A stretch of DNA of 45,865 bases, taken from NCBI GenBank assembly GCA_964014565.1, contig CAXGZN010000002.1:1-45865 (forward strand), written 5' to 3'. The notes under the pieces are model-generated. The model worked only from the letters and a program-made list of their open reading frames with translations. It had not been told where the DNA came from and made no database searches. The position numbers were made by a program, and so were the translations under genes. Positions 37,385 to 45,734 of this stretch are shown in pieces (within the stretch, counting starts at the first letter, position 1; each line of letters opens with the position of its first letter). Source of the stretch: an uncultured Gammaproteobacteria bacterium (GTDB lineage: Bacteria > Pseudomonadota > Gammaproteobacteria > Magnimaribacterales > D2472).

Positions 37385-37462
37385 TTAGCTTACAGGTGCA
37401 ATTGCAAGTACTGAAACAAAAAATAAACTTGCTAAAAAAATTACTTCTAAATTCTCTCTCAT
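37385..37462 (-). CDS. Unannotated 25-aa hydrophobic small protein (MRENLEVIFLASLFFVSVLAIAPVS)
   Basis: ATG at 37462-37460 and TAA at 37387-37385. SD AAGGA (37472-37468) sits 5 nt upstream. Predicted single TM helix. Ends 16 nt before the gpx start. Below the ORF-track length cutoff. Confidence 0.45.
   Translation of the reverse strand: MRENLEVIFLASLFFVSVLAIAPVS
37402..37429 (+). promoter_or_regulatory. Candidate sigma70 promoter for a plus-strand antisense transcript
   Basis: TTGCAA (37402-37407), 16-nt spacer, TAAACT (37424-37429). Lies inside the small ORF on the opposite strand. AT-rich DNA gives many chance hexamers. Confidence 0.2.
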
Positions 37463-37490
37463 TGTTTTCCTTACTTTTCAAAATAGACTT

Positions 37491-37516
37491 GGAGGGCCTA
37501 AGCCCTCCACATTTTT
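37491..37516 (+). terminator. GC-rich stem-loop with T-run (intrinsic-terminator form on the plus strand; also a leader hairpin on the minus strand)
   Basis: GGAGGGC-CTAA-GCCCTCC is a perfect 7-bp stem (37491-37508), followed by ACATTTTTC. On the minus strand it is followed by AAGTCTATTTTG. Confidence 0.45.
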
Positions 37517-37524
37517 CAGAGGAT

Positions 37525-37560
37525 TTGCCAGCCCAAAAATAGGGGGAGGAGTGCTGACAA
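37525..37560 (-). other. Second stem-loop with a pyrimidine-rich (CUCCUCCCCCU) loop in the putative small-ORF/gpx leader
   Basis: In minus-strand RNA, UUGUCAGC pairs with GCUGGCAA over 8 bp including one U-G. On the plus strand the same position is a C-A mismatch. The loop is 20 nt. Confidence 0.35.
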
Positions 37561-37564
37561 GGTA

Positions 37565-37594
37565 ATATTATGCATGTTTATAATATATTATCAA
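37565..37594 (-). promoter_or_regulatory. Candidate sigma70 promoter for the small-ORF/gpx transcript
   Basis: Minus strand: TTGATA (37594-37589), 18-nt spacer, TAATAT (37570-37565). The predicted TSS falls at the base of the 37525-37560 hairpin. Confidence 0.25.
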
Positions 37595-37627
37595 TACTTT
37601 TTATAAAATAAATGGTCTTTTTTTGGG

Positions 37628-37633
37628 TATAAT
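37628..37633 (+). promoter_or_regulatory. Candidate -10 element (TATAAT) for the fadB-like gene
   Basis: A perfect TATAAT lies 23 nt before the TTG start at 37657. SD GGGAG is at 37646-37650. No convincing -35. Confidence 0.3.
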
Positions 37634-37656
37634 GTAAAAAAATTTGGGAGTTTGTC

Positions 37657-39810
37657 TTGAAAGGAAAAATTAATTACAGCGTGACCGATGGAATTGCAAT
37701 TCTTGAGGTTGATAATCCACCAGTTAATCCTCTAAGTGATGGGGTAAGACATGGACTTATAGAAAGTATGGAAAAAGCAGAATCTGATGACAGTGTTGTT
37801 GGTATTGTGCTTACAGGTAAAGGTAGATCATTCATTGCTGGAGCAGACATATCTGAGTTTGGTCAACAAATAGAAGGGCCTTCAATCCATGATGCTTTTG
37901 AAAAAATTGAGAAATCATCCAAACCTGTTGTTGCTGCAATTAATGGATCTGCACTTGGTGGTGGATTAGAAACAGCATTATGTTGCCATTACAGAGTCTC
38001 ATCAAAGCAAGGTTTCATAGGCTTACCTGAAGTAAATCTAGGTTTGTTGCCAGGTGCAGGAGGAACTCAACGCCTCCCCCGCCTAGTTGGACCAGCTGAA
38101 GCACTCAAAATTATGCTTTCAGGTAGGCACATACCCGCCGTAAAGGCTGTAGATATGGGTGTTATAGACTCATTATCTGAAGGAGACATAGTAGAAGATG
38201 CTGTTGCGTTTGCTAAAGATGTGGCAGAAAAGAATGAAACACATCCACTAGTAAGAAATCTTAATGAGAAGGTGCTTGCTGCAAGAGGTGATGAGAATGT
38301 AATTTCAGAAGCGAGAGCGCTTGCTGCAAAAACTAGAAAAGGGCAATTTGCACCTGGAAAAATCATTCAATGTGTAGAAGCAGCAATAAATTTAGATGAT
38401 TTTGATGAAGGAATGAAAAAAGAAGCTGAATATTTTATTGAATGTCTTTTAAATCCTCAAAGAGAAGCAATGATTCATATCTTTTTTGGTGAGAGAGCTG
38501 CTTCAAAAATAAATGATGTGCCAAAAGAGACGCCAAAAATGGATATTAATAAAGCCGGAATAATTGGTTCAGGAACAATGGGTGGAGGAATAGCAATGTG
38601 CTTTGCAAATATTGGCATACCTGTTCATATTGTTGATCAAGATGAAGAAAACCTTAAAAAAGGTCTAGCAGCTATAGAAAGAAATTATAAGTTTATGGTT
38701 GATAGAGGAAGAATGTCGGTTGAACAAATGGAAAAAACTTTTGGCCTTATTTCATCAGGTCTTTCTTATGAAGAAATTTCTGATGTTGATATTGTCATTG
38801 AGGCTGTATATGAAAACTTAGATCTCAAACTAGAGATATTTAAGAAACTAGATGAAGCTGTCAAGGATGATGCAATCCTAGCATCAAACACTTCTGGACT
38901 AGATGTTGATGCTCTAGCAGATTGTACTAAAAGGCCTGAGAAAGTAGTGGGCACTCACTTTTTTAGTCCAGCAAATGTTATGCGATTGTTAGAGGTTGTG
39001 CGTGGTGAAAAAACATCTAACGAAACACTTGCTACAATCATGTCACTCGGGAAGGCCCTTAAGAAGGCTCCAGTTGTATCTCTAAATGCTCCAGGGTTTA
39101 TTGGAAACAGAATGCTCTTTGGGTATACAACTCAAGCAAATAAACTCTTGTTAGAAGGAGCTCTCCCCCATCAAGTTGATTCTGCACTTGAGAATTTCGG
39201 GATGAGCATGGGCCCATTTAGAATGCTTGACCTCGTTGGATTAGACTTAGGATGGAGAGCTAGAAAACTCAGTGGAACCGAATCGCCAATTACAGCAAAG
39301 ATAAATGATGCATTATGTGACCTTGACAGATTTGGTCAAAAAAATGGTAAAGGTTTTTATAACTATGTTGAGGGTTCGAGAGCTCCTCATCCTGCTCCAG
39401 AAAATGAAGCAATATATGAACAAGTTTCTAAAGATAATGGCTTTGAAAGAAGAGAAATATCTGATCAAGAAATAATTGATAGATGTATATTGGCTCTAGT
39501 TAATGAGGGAGCAAAGATCCTTGAAGAAGGTGTTGCTCAACGATCTGGAGATATGGATGTTGTATATATAAATGGTTATGGATTCCCAATTTGGAGAGGA
39601 GGACCAATGCAATATGCAAATATGGAAGGTTTAGATGTAATTTCAACAAAAATAGACGAATTTGCAAAAAATGATCCTGAATTTTGGCAAAAAGCTGATT
39701 TAATAGGGAATCTAAGCGAAATTAAGGGTAGATTTGGAGATGCCCCTGCACCTGAAGACAGAAAACCTGTTTCAGGCTTCAACAAATCATCGGTTGCTGG
39801 TAATTTATAA
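37657..39810 (+). CDS. Multifunctional enoyl-CoA hydratase / 3-hydroxyacyl-CoA dehydrogenase (FadB/FadJ-like)
   Basis: 717 aa with a TTG start. N-terminal crotonase fold (FIAGADISEF, GGGLETAL), then a Rossmann motif IGSGTMGGGIA and 3HCDH C-terminal domains. Confidence 0.9.
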   Translation: MKGKINYSVTDGIAILEVDNPPVNPLSDGVRHGLIESMEKAESDDSVVGIVLTGKGRSFIAGADISEFGQQIEGPSIHDAFEKIEKSSKPVVAAINGSALGGGLETALCCHYRVSSKQGFIGLPEVNLGLLPGAGGTQRLPRLVGPAEALKIMLSGRHIPAVKAVDMGVIDSLSEGDIVEDAVAFAKDVAEKNETHPLVRNLNEKVLAARGDENVISEARALAAKTRKGQFAPGKIIQCVEAAINLDDFDEGMKKEAEYFIECLLNPQREAMIHIFFGERAASKINDVPKETPKMDINKAGIIGSGTMGGGIAMCFANIGIPVHIVDQDEENLKKGLAAIERNYKFMVDRGRMSVEQMEKTFGLISSGLSYEEISDVDIVIEAVYENLDLKLEIFKKLDEAVKDDAILASNTSGLDVDALADCTKRPEKVVGTHFFSPANVMRLLEVVRGEKTSNETLATIMSLGKALKKAPVVSLNAPGFIGNRMLFGYTTQANKLLLEGALPHQVDSALENFGMSMGPFRMLDLVGLDLGWRARKLSGTESPITAKINDALCDLDRFGQKNGKGFYNYVEGSRAPHPAPENEAIYEQVSKDNGFERREISDQEIIDRCILALVNEGAKILEEGVAQRSGDMDVVYINGYGFPIWRGGPMQYANMEGLDVISTKIDEFAKNDPEFWQKADLIGNLSEIKGRFGDAPAPEDRKPVSGFNKSSVAGNL

Positions 39811-40332
39811 TACTATATTAACTTTTGTCCCTTTTTCTACTAGGTTAAATAGTTCAATTACGTCCTGGTTGAACATTCTTATGCAACCATGAGAAGCTTT
39901 TTCACCTATTAAACCTTCTTCTGGAGTGCCATGAATATAAATATATCGATAAAAAGAGTCCACATTGCCACCCTTATTAAAACCCTCCTCAGTACCCTCT
40001 AACCAGAGTATTCTTGAGGTTACATGATCCTCCTCTGAATCGAAATGATCATGGGAAATTTCAGCTAATTTATTAGTATTTATTCTCTCTTTGAAGATAG
40101 TATTTTTAGGCGCGTCTACTCCAATTTTTTCTTTTATTATATGATTACCTAAGGGTGTTTTATATGAATTTTCAATCTGACCTTCACCGTATGAGGATGA
40201 GGATATTGGATAGGAAATAACAAGATCTCCCCTATTATCTAGAAGAAAAAGTCGCTGTTGGCTAATATCTACAAGAATCTCAGCACATGAAAGACCAGAA
40301 AAGGCTATAAAGAATAAAAGGTATTTACGCAT
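39805..40332 (-). CDS. L,D-transpeptidase (YkuD domain), secreted
   Basis: 175 aa with a signal peptide and catalytic motif IHGTPEEGLIGEKASHGCIRM. Confidence 0.85.
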   Translation of the reverse strand: MRKYLLFFIAFSGLSCAEILVDISQQRLFLLDNRGDLVISYPISSSSYGEGQIENSYKTPLGNHIIKEKIGVDAPKNTIFKERINTNKLAEISHDHFDSEEDHVTSRILWLEGTEEGFNKGGNVDSFYRYIYIHGTPEEGLIGEKASHGCIRMFNQDVIELFNLVEKGTKVNIVL

Positions 40333-41782
40333 TCTTCATTCTAACAAAAAATATTTTAATTGAAACAATTAAAAGGTATAAATAAAGAAGTAAGTTGCCA
40401 TATTTATTATAAAACGTGCGTACTTCTGTGGGTACAAGCTGAACATGGAGAATCCCTGAAGTGCCTTTGCCCATATAATCAACAATTGTTCCTTTATTAT
40501 CTATTAAAGCAGATATGCCATCATTTGTAGCTCTAACAATTGAAATGTTATTTTCTATAGATCTTATTCTTGATATCTCAAGATGCTGATAAGGGCCAAA
40601 AGAATTGCCAAACCAGGTATCATTACTAACGTTTATAAGATAATTAGAACTTTTGACGTCTTTTCTAACCATTTCACCAAAAACTATGTCAAAGCAAACA
40701 AGCGGTGAAAAACTTCCATATCCTACATTCATCTGTTTCGGACTATCACCTCTAGTCATATTTGACATTGGCATATCAAAGAATGAAATTAATCCCCTTA
40801 AAAAGCTTTCGAATGGAATATATTCCCCAAATGGAACAAGTTTTCTTTTGTTATATTTTTTTTCTTGCTCTGAATTTATTATTGAATTGTATAAATTTCC
40901 ATCCTGATAACTAAAAAACCCACTAATCAATGGCTTTTTAATATTTTTTATTAAATTTTGGCTTCTTGCAGATTCGGAAGTATAGGGTAATGGAGCTTCA
41001 GGCCAAACCAAAATATCAGCATTTTCTGAAGCTTGAGAAGATAGACTTATAAATTCGTCCTCAATGTCATTCAAATAATCATTATCAAATTTCTTAAAAG
41101 GATCTGTGGATGGCTGAATAATTGCAAAATTAACAACATTTCCATCAATTTTGTTGATTTTAAAAATATTTGGTGACATGAGGGTGATGAATAAGAATAA
41201 GTTAAACGCTAATAAATAAGTTTTGTTTGAATATAAAACTACATTTGTAGCTACAAAAAGATATAGCAAAAGAGATAAACCTGAAACACCGATCAAACCA
41301 TATAAGATTTCATAAGGGGTATCTAAAAAAATGTATCCTGGCAACAGCCATGGGAATCCACCTAAAAAGTAATACCTGCCAAACTCAACCAAAATTAGAA
41401 TGAAAGGTACGAGCAATAGTAGGTTATTTGATTTGTTAAAAATAACCCTTTTTAGCAATAGAATTGGCACAAAAAAGAATAAGATGCAGCAAATTGATAA
41501 TATTAAAAATAGTGAGATTGATCCTATTAGGCTTACATTTCCATAATAGTAAATACTTACTATTATCCATGATGTTCCAATTGCCCAATACCCAAATGAC
41601 CATAGAAATAGATTATCTAAATCTCTATTATCATTTGATCTGAATAGTTTATAGATTAGATAGGTGTAACTTACAACTATCGCATATTTAAATGAAAAAG
41701 GTGCAAAAGATAATACTCCTATTGAGCCAAATAAGACTGGCTCAAAATATTTTCTTAAACTAACTAATAATTGAGATGCCAA
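40325..41782 (-). CDS. lnt: Apolipoprotein N-acyltransferase
   Basis: 485 aa with a TTG start. Multi-TM N-terminal half, then a CN-hydrolase domain with WPE and the catalytic-Cys region LVCFD. Last gene of the miaB-ybeZ-ybeY-corC-lnt block. Confidence 0.9.
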   Translation of the reverse strand: MASQLLVSLRKYFEPVLFGSIGVLSFAPFSFKYAIVVSYTYLIYKLFRSNDNRDLDNLFLWSFGYWAIGTSWIIVSIYYYGNVSLIGSISLFLILSICCILFFFVPILLLKRVIFNKSNNLLLLVPFILILVEFGRYYFLGGFPWLLPGYIFLDTPYEILYGLIGVSGLSLLLYLFVATNVVLYSNKTYLLAFNLFLFITLMSPNIFKINKIDGNVVNFAIIQPSTDPFKKFDNDYLNDIEDEFISLSSQASENADILVWPEAPLPYTSESARSQNLIKNIKKPLISGFFSYQDGNLYNSIINSEQEKKYNKRKLVPFGEYIPFESFLRGLISFFDMPMSNMTRGDSPKQMNVGYGSFSPLVCFDIVFGEMVRKDVKSSNYLINVSNDTWFGNSFGPYQHLEISRIRSIENNISIVRATNDGISALIDNKGTIVDYMGKGTSGILHVQLVPTEVRTFYNKYGNLLLYLYLLIVSIKIFFVRMKNA

Positions 41783-42605
41783 TTTTTTTAATTCGACGTT
41801 TATCTGCAGCTGTGACGACTAGCTCAATTGATTCAACAATAAGTTTATCTCCAACCTTTGGAAGTATTCCCAATTTTTTGGTCATATATCCGCCCAAAGT
41901 TTCAACTGAGCTTTCATTTAAATTAATCTCAAATTTTTCTTCGAATTCATCTATTTCGATCTTTGCATCAGCAATGAACTCCTTTTCTGATACTTGAATG
42001 AGATCAAGGTCATCGATATCGTGCTCATCTTCTATTTCACCAACTAATTCCTCTAAAATGTCTTCAATAGTTACCAAGCCGCATATTTCTCCATATTCAT
42101 CTATTACAACAGCTAAATGTGATTTATCTTTCTTAAATTCTTCAAGTAGGGAATCCGCGCGTTTTGTTTCTGGTACAACTTTCGCATCTCGCATTATTGA
42201 GTCTAGGTTTACCTCTTCATTAATAGATAGAAGCGGTAATAGGTCTTTTGCTAAAAGAATCCCTTCCACCTTCTTCTTTTTTTCATTTATGACTGGATAT
42301 CTAGAGTGGCCAGATTCAATTACAGTCTCAAGTAGTTTCTCAGATGAATCATCAATGTAGATATTTACCATTTCAACTTTTGGGATCATTATTTCTTTGA
42401 CGGAGGTTGCTCTTAATTTAATTGCATTTTCAGCAATAGAGAATGCAACCTCATCGATAATGTCTGACGATAGAGAGTTTTCTAAAACCTCTGTAACATC
42501 TTCAATATTTTTCGGTTTGATAAAAAGAATGTTTCTTACAAAAGCTCGGAGCCTTTGATAAAAAGAAGAGGGCGCATCTTCCTTATTTTTTATTATTTTA
42601 TTCAT
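41760..42605 (-). CDS. corC: Magnesium/cobalt efflux-associated protein CorC (CBS pair plus CorC_HlyC domain)
   Basis: 281 aa with tandem CBS domains and a C-terminal transporter-associated domain. Conserved position after ybeY. Confidence 0.88.
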   Translation of the reverse strand: MNKIIKNKEDAPSSFYQRLRAFVRNILFIKPKNIEDVTEVLENSLSSDIIDEVAFSIAENAIKLRATSVKEIMIPKVEMVNIYIDDSSEKLLETVIESGHSRYPVINEKKKKVEGILLAKDLLPLLSINEEVNLDSIMRDAKVVPETKRADSLLEEFKKDKSHLAVVIDEYGEICGLVTIEDILEELVGEIEDEHDIDDLDLIQVSEKEFIADAKIEIDEFEEKFEINLNESSVETLGGYMTKKLGILPKVGDKLIVESIELVVTAADKRRIKKIGISIIS

Positions 42606-43051
42606 ATTAAATAAGGATCGCCTATTTTTAGTTTTTTTAAGATTCTTATCTCTTCTTTTTCCATATCTTTTCTTTGTGTCGTTTTAGTATGATCATGACC
42701 AAAGATATGAAGAATCCCATGAATGAGCATATGACTAATGTGATCGTTAATACTTTTTCCTTGCGATGCTGCCTCTTTTTCAAGATAAGGATAACATATT
42801 GCAATATCCCCAAATTCTTGAGTCTGTTCTTTGGACTCATCATCGTTTACAAATGCTAGCACGTTAGTATTCTTATCTTTATTTCTAAACGTCTTATTAA
42901 GCTCTTGCATTTCTGTATTGCAAACAATCTTTACATTTATTTTCTTATTTGTTTTTTCTCTCTCACAAAAGACTATGTCAGCAACTTCTTTCATAGCTTG
43001 AAGTTGAGTGTTTGATAAAAATTTATTTGGGTCGGAAATATTTAGGCTCAA
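42602..43051 (-). CDS. ybeY: Endoribonuclease YbeY (16S rRNA 3'-end maturation)
   Basis: 149 aa with zinc motif HGILHIFGHDH. Confidence 0.93.
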   Translation of the reverse strand: MSLNISDPNKFLSNTQLQAMKEVADIVFCEREKTNKKINVKIVCNTEMQELNKTFRNKDKNTNVLAFVNDDESKEQTQEFGDIAICYPYLEKEAASQGKSINDHISHMLIHGILHIFGHDHTKTTQRKDMEKEEIRILKKLKIGDPYLI

Positions 43052-44010
43052 TTTTCTTCTAACCTTTTATCGTATGCATCTACTATTTTCTTTACTAAAG
43101 GATGTCGAACTACATCTTTTGAGTTAAATCTCGTAAAACCTATTCCATCTGTTCCATCTAGGAGGTCAACAGCATCTTTAAGCCCAGAATATATATTCTT
43201 GGGAAGATCTATTTGCGTTAGATCGCCATTAATGACTGCATAAGAACCAAAACCCATTCTTGTAAGAAACATTTTCATTTGTTCTGTGGTTGTATTCTGA
43301 CTTTCATCCATAATTATAAAAGAGTTATTAAGAGTTCTACCTCGCATGTATGCAAGAGGTGCTATCTCTATAATCTCTCTATTCATTAACCTCTCAGATT
43401 TTTCAAAACCTATCATTTGATACATTGCGTCATATAGAGGTCTTAGATATGGGTCTACTTTTTGAGAAAGGTCACCAGGTAAAAATCCTAACTTCTCACC
43501 TGCCTCAACTGCTGGTCTAATTAACACAATCTTCTCAACTTTCTTATCAAGAAGAAACTCAATAGCTAATGCCATGGCAAGAAAAGTCTTTCCTGTTCCT
43601 GCAGGCCCAATTCCAAAATTAATTTCATTATGTTTAATGCTTTGAATGTATTTTGATTGATTAACTGATCTTGGTTTAATAGTTTTCTTTGGAGTCTTAA
43701 TTATTATGTCTTCATAGTCTTGACTGGAGGAATCTTCCTTTACTTCTTGTATGCAAAGGTGAAGAGTTTCTTTGGTGATTTCAACACCCTTACCAGCAGC
43801 TTCATAAAGCTTCTTAAGCGCATCTGATGCTAATTTAACATCTTCATCATGCCCGGTTATCTTCAATTTATTTCCGTTCTGGAAAACTTTAACTTTAAAA
43901 GACTTCTCAATAAACTTTATGTTTCCATTTAGCTCACCAACAAATCTCACCAAGACATTTGCATCTGGTGGAGAAAGAATAAGATTTTTCGGGCTCTCTT
44001 TATCAGACAT
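43048..44010 (-). CDS. ybeZ: PhoH-like ATPase (YbeZ)
   Basis: 320 aa with Walker A GPAGTGKTFLA and a PhoH-family C-terminal region. Confidence 0.92.
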   Translation of the reverse strand: MSDKESPKNLILSPPDANVLVRFVGELNGNIKFIEKSFKVKVFQNGNKLKITGHDEDVKLASDALKKLYEAAGKGVEITKETLHLCIQEVKEDSSSQDYEDIIIKTPKKTIKPRSVNQSKYIQSIKHNEINFGIGPAGTGKTFLAMALAIEFLLDKKVEKIVLIRPAVEAGEKLGFLPGDLSQKVDPYLRPLYDAMYQMIGFEKSERLMNREIIEIAPLAYMRGRTLNNSFIIMDESQNTTTEQMKMFLTRMGFGSYAVINGDLTQIDLPKNIYSGLKDAVDLLDGTDGIGFTRFNSKDVVRHPLVKKIVDAYDKRLEEN

Positions 44011-45335
44011 TAATTATGAAGAGTCCCTCTAAGGCAGTGTGGTAAAGCATCTATAATTTGAATATTAATTAATTGTCCAATTAAATCAACATTATTTGCA
44101 GAAAAATTTACAACTCGGTTACATATCGTCCTTGCTTGGAGCTGTCCAGGATCTCTTTTTGATTGACCCATTACAAGACAATTTTGAATTGATCCAACCT
44201 TTTTTCTGCTATAGCCAAATGACAGCTGACTAAGTCTTGTCTGTAAAATTGAGAGACGTTCTTTTTTTTCTTCTCTAGAAACATCATCTGGCATATCTGC
44301 AGCAGTAGTATTTGGTCTAGGACTGTAGATAAAACTAAAAGATTCATCAAATTGAACTTCGTTAATGACGTCCATGGTATCTTTGAAGTCTTCCTTTGTT
44401 TCGCCTGGGAAGCCAACAATAAAATCAGATGAGAAGCTCATTTCAGGTCTTACAGATTTAATACGACTAATTAGATCCATGTATTTATCAACATTGTATC
44501 TTCTTCTCATTAGTTTCAAGATCCTATCTGATCCGCTTTGGATTGGTAAATGAACATGGCTAACTAACTCAGGAACCTTGTCATAAACTTCAACTAAGTC
44601 TTCTTTAAATTCATGGGGATGGCTTGTAGTAAATCTTATCCTTTCAATATTTTCGATTTTAGCTGCTTCTTCTATTAACTTTGCAAGTGATGACTTCTCC
44701 CCGTTGTGCATACCTTTAAAATTATTAACATTTTGTCCAAGGAAATGAATCTCTCTAGCTCCTTGATCTGCAAGCTTAGATACCTCATTTAAGATGTCTT
44801 TAAAATCTCTTGAGACTTCGTGCCCTCTTGTCTTTGGCACAACACAAAATGAGCAGTACTTATTGCAACCCTCCATTATTGATACAAAAACTGATGGGCC
44901 CTCGGCTTTTGGAGATGCAAGATGATCAAACTTTTCTAGTTTTGGAAATGAGATATCAATCTGATTTTCATTACTTCTCTCTTTTTCATTATAAAGACCT
45001 GGAAGTTTATGAAGTGTTTGTGGTCCAAAAACTATATCAACTGATGGTGCGCGTTTAATAATTTTCTCCCCTTCCTGAGAGGCTACACAGCCCCCGATGG
45101 CAATTTTTAAATCAGGATTTTTTTCTTTTATCTTTCTCCATCTCCCAATCTGATGAAAAACTCTTTCTTGAGCTTTTTCTCTTATTGAACACGTGTTCAA
45201 AATTAATAGATCAGCCTGCTCTTCAGATTCAGCTAACTCAAAGTCTTCTTTCTCTTGGAGAAGATCAATCATTTTTGCAGAATCATATTCATTCATCTGA
45301 CAACCATGAGTTTTAACGAAAAGCTTCTTTTTCAT
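44010..45335 (-). CDS. miaB: tRNA-2-methylthio-N6-dimethylallyladenosine synthase
   Basis: 441 aa with the N-terminal UPF0004 Cys pattern (THGCQMNEYDS), radical-SAM motif CNKYCSFCVVP, and a C-terminal TRAM domain. Confidence 0.95.
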   Translation of the reverse strand: MKKKLFVKTHGCQMNEYDSAKMIDLLQEKEDFELAESEEQADLLILNTCSIREKAQERVFHQIGRWRKIKEKNPDLKIAIGGCVASQEGEKIIKRAPSVDIVFGPQTLHKLPGLYNEKERSNENQIDISFPKLEKFDHLASPKAEGPSVFVSIMEGCNKYCSFCVVPKTRGHEVSRDFKDILNEVSKLADQGAREIHFLGQNVNNFKGMHNGEKSSLAKLIEEAAKIENIERIRFTTSHPHEFKEDLVEVYDKVPELVSHVHLPIQSGSDRILKLMRRRYNVDKYMDLISRIKSVRPEMSFSSDFIVGFPGETKEDFKDTMDVINEVQFDESFSFIYSPRPNTTAADMPDDVSREEKKERLSILQTRLSQLSFGYSRKKVGSIQNCLVMGQSKRDPGQLQARTICNRVVNFSANNVDLIGQLINIQIIDALPHCLRGTLHN

Positions 45336-45402
45336 ATACTAATTATCTATTATTTCTGACCTCAAGTGTTTTAAAATAACTTTTAAGACATACATAATTT
45401 TT

Positions 45403-45729
45403 ATGAAGGACAAAAAAATTTATAAGATTATATTTATTCAGCTTGGAGAAATCTATGAAATTTTTGCAAAACAGATTTTTCAAAGTGATATGTATGGCTT
45501 CCTAGAAGTTGAAGAGTTTATATTTACCAATGATGATCAGCTTGTCGTTGATCCTAGCTCAGAAAAACTGAAAACAGAATTTAATAAGGTTAAAAGAAGC
45601 TATATTCCAATTGGAGCTATTCAAAGGATTGATGAAGTGATTGAGTCAGGAGAAGCTAAAATTAAGAAAACGTCCAACCAGGTCAGTCCTTTTCCTCTAA
45701 ATATTCAGCCCGCAAAAAAAACTGACTAA
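45403..45729 (+). CDS. Small conserved hypothetical protein (DUF1820-like, divergent from miaB)
   Basis: 108-aa ORF. The family assignment rests on recalled gene context and N-terminal pattern (YKIIFIQLGEIYEIFAK) only. Confidence 0.45.
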   Translation: MKDKKIYKIIFIQLGEIYEIFAKQIFQSDMYGFLEVEEFIFTNDDQLVVDPSSEKLKTEFNKVKRSYIPIGAIQRIDEVIESGEAKIKKTSNQVSPFPLNIQPAKKTD

Positions 45730-45734
45730 AATTC

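Noticed and set aside
79-37508. A possible repeat family, because the hairpins at 79-103 and 37491-37508 both contain TTGGAGGG / CCCTCC
   Set aside because: The shared part is only a 6-8 nt GC-rich stem arm. Loops, lengths and flanks differ. Two occurrences do not support a dispersed element such as a REP sequence.
37570-37611. 13-codon plus-strand ORF (MHVYNILSILFIK) downstream of the AGGGGGAGGAG purine tract
   Set aside because: The purine tract ends 18 nt from the ATG, which is too far for an SD. The tract is better explained as the complement of the CU-rich hairpin loop on the minus strand. The ORF itself is AT-rich promoter-like sequence.
38067-38366. 99-aa Ala/Ser-rich minus-strand ORF (plus 38766-38954 and 39576-39785)
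   Set aside because: It is antisense to the fadB-like CDS in its most GC-rich, conserved part. This is a shadow ORF.
37657-39810. The fadB-like gene lacks an adjacent fadA thiolase, and some stretches look more GC-rich than the surroundings (possible horizontal transfer)
   Set aside because: Stand-alone multifunctional hydratase/dehydrogenase genes are common. The GC-rich stretches coincide with conserved Gly/Ala/Pro motifs. I cannot compute composition or codon statistics reliably by eye, and I saw no flanking repeats or integrase.
41998-42360. 120-aa Ser-rich ORF on the plus strand (plus 41776-41997, 73 aa)
   Set aside because: It is entirely antisense to the well-supported corC CDS. The low-complexity Ser/Ile composition is what the reverse frame of a Glu/Asp/Ile-rich AT-biased gene produces. 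No SD and no independent support.
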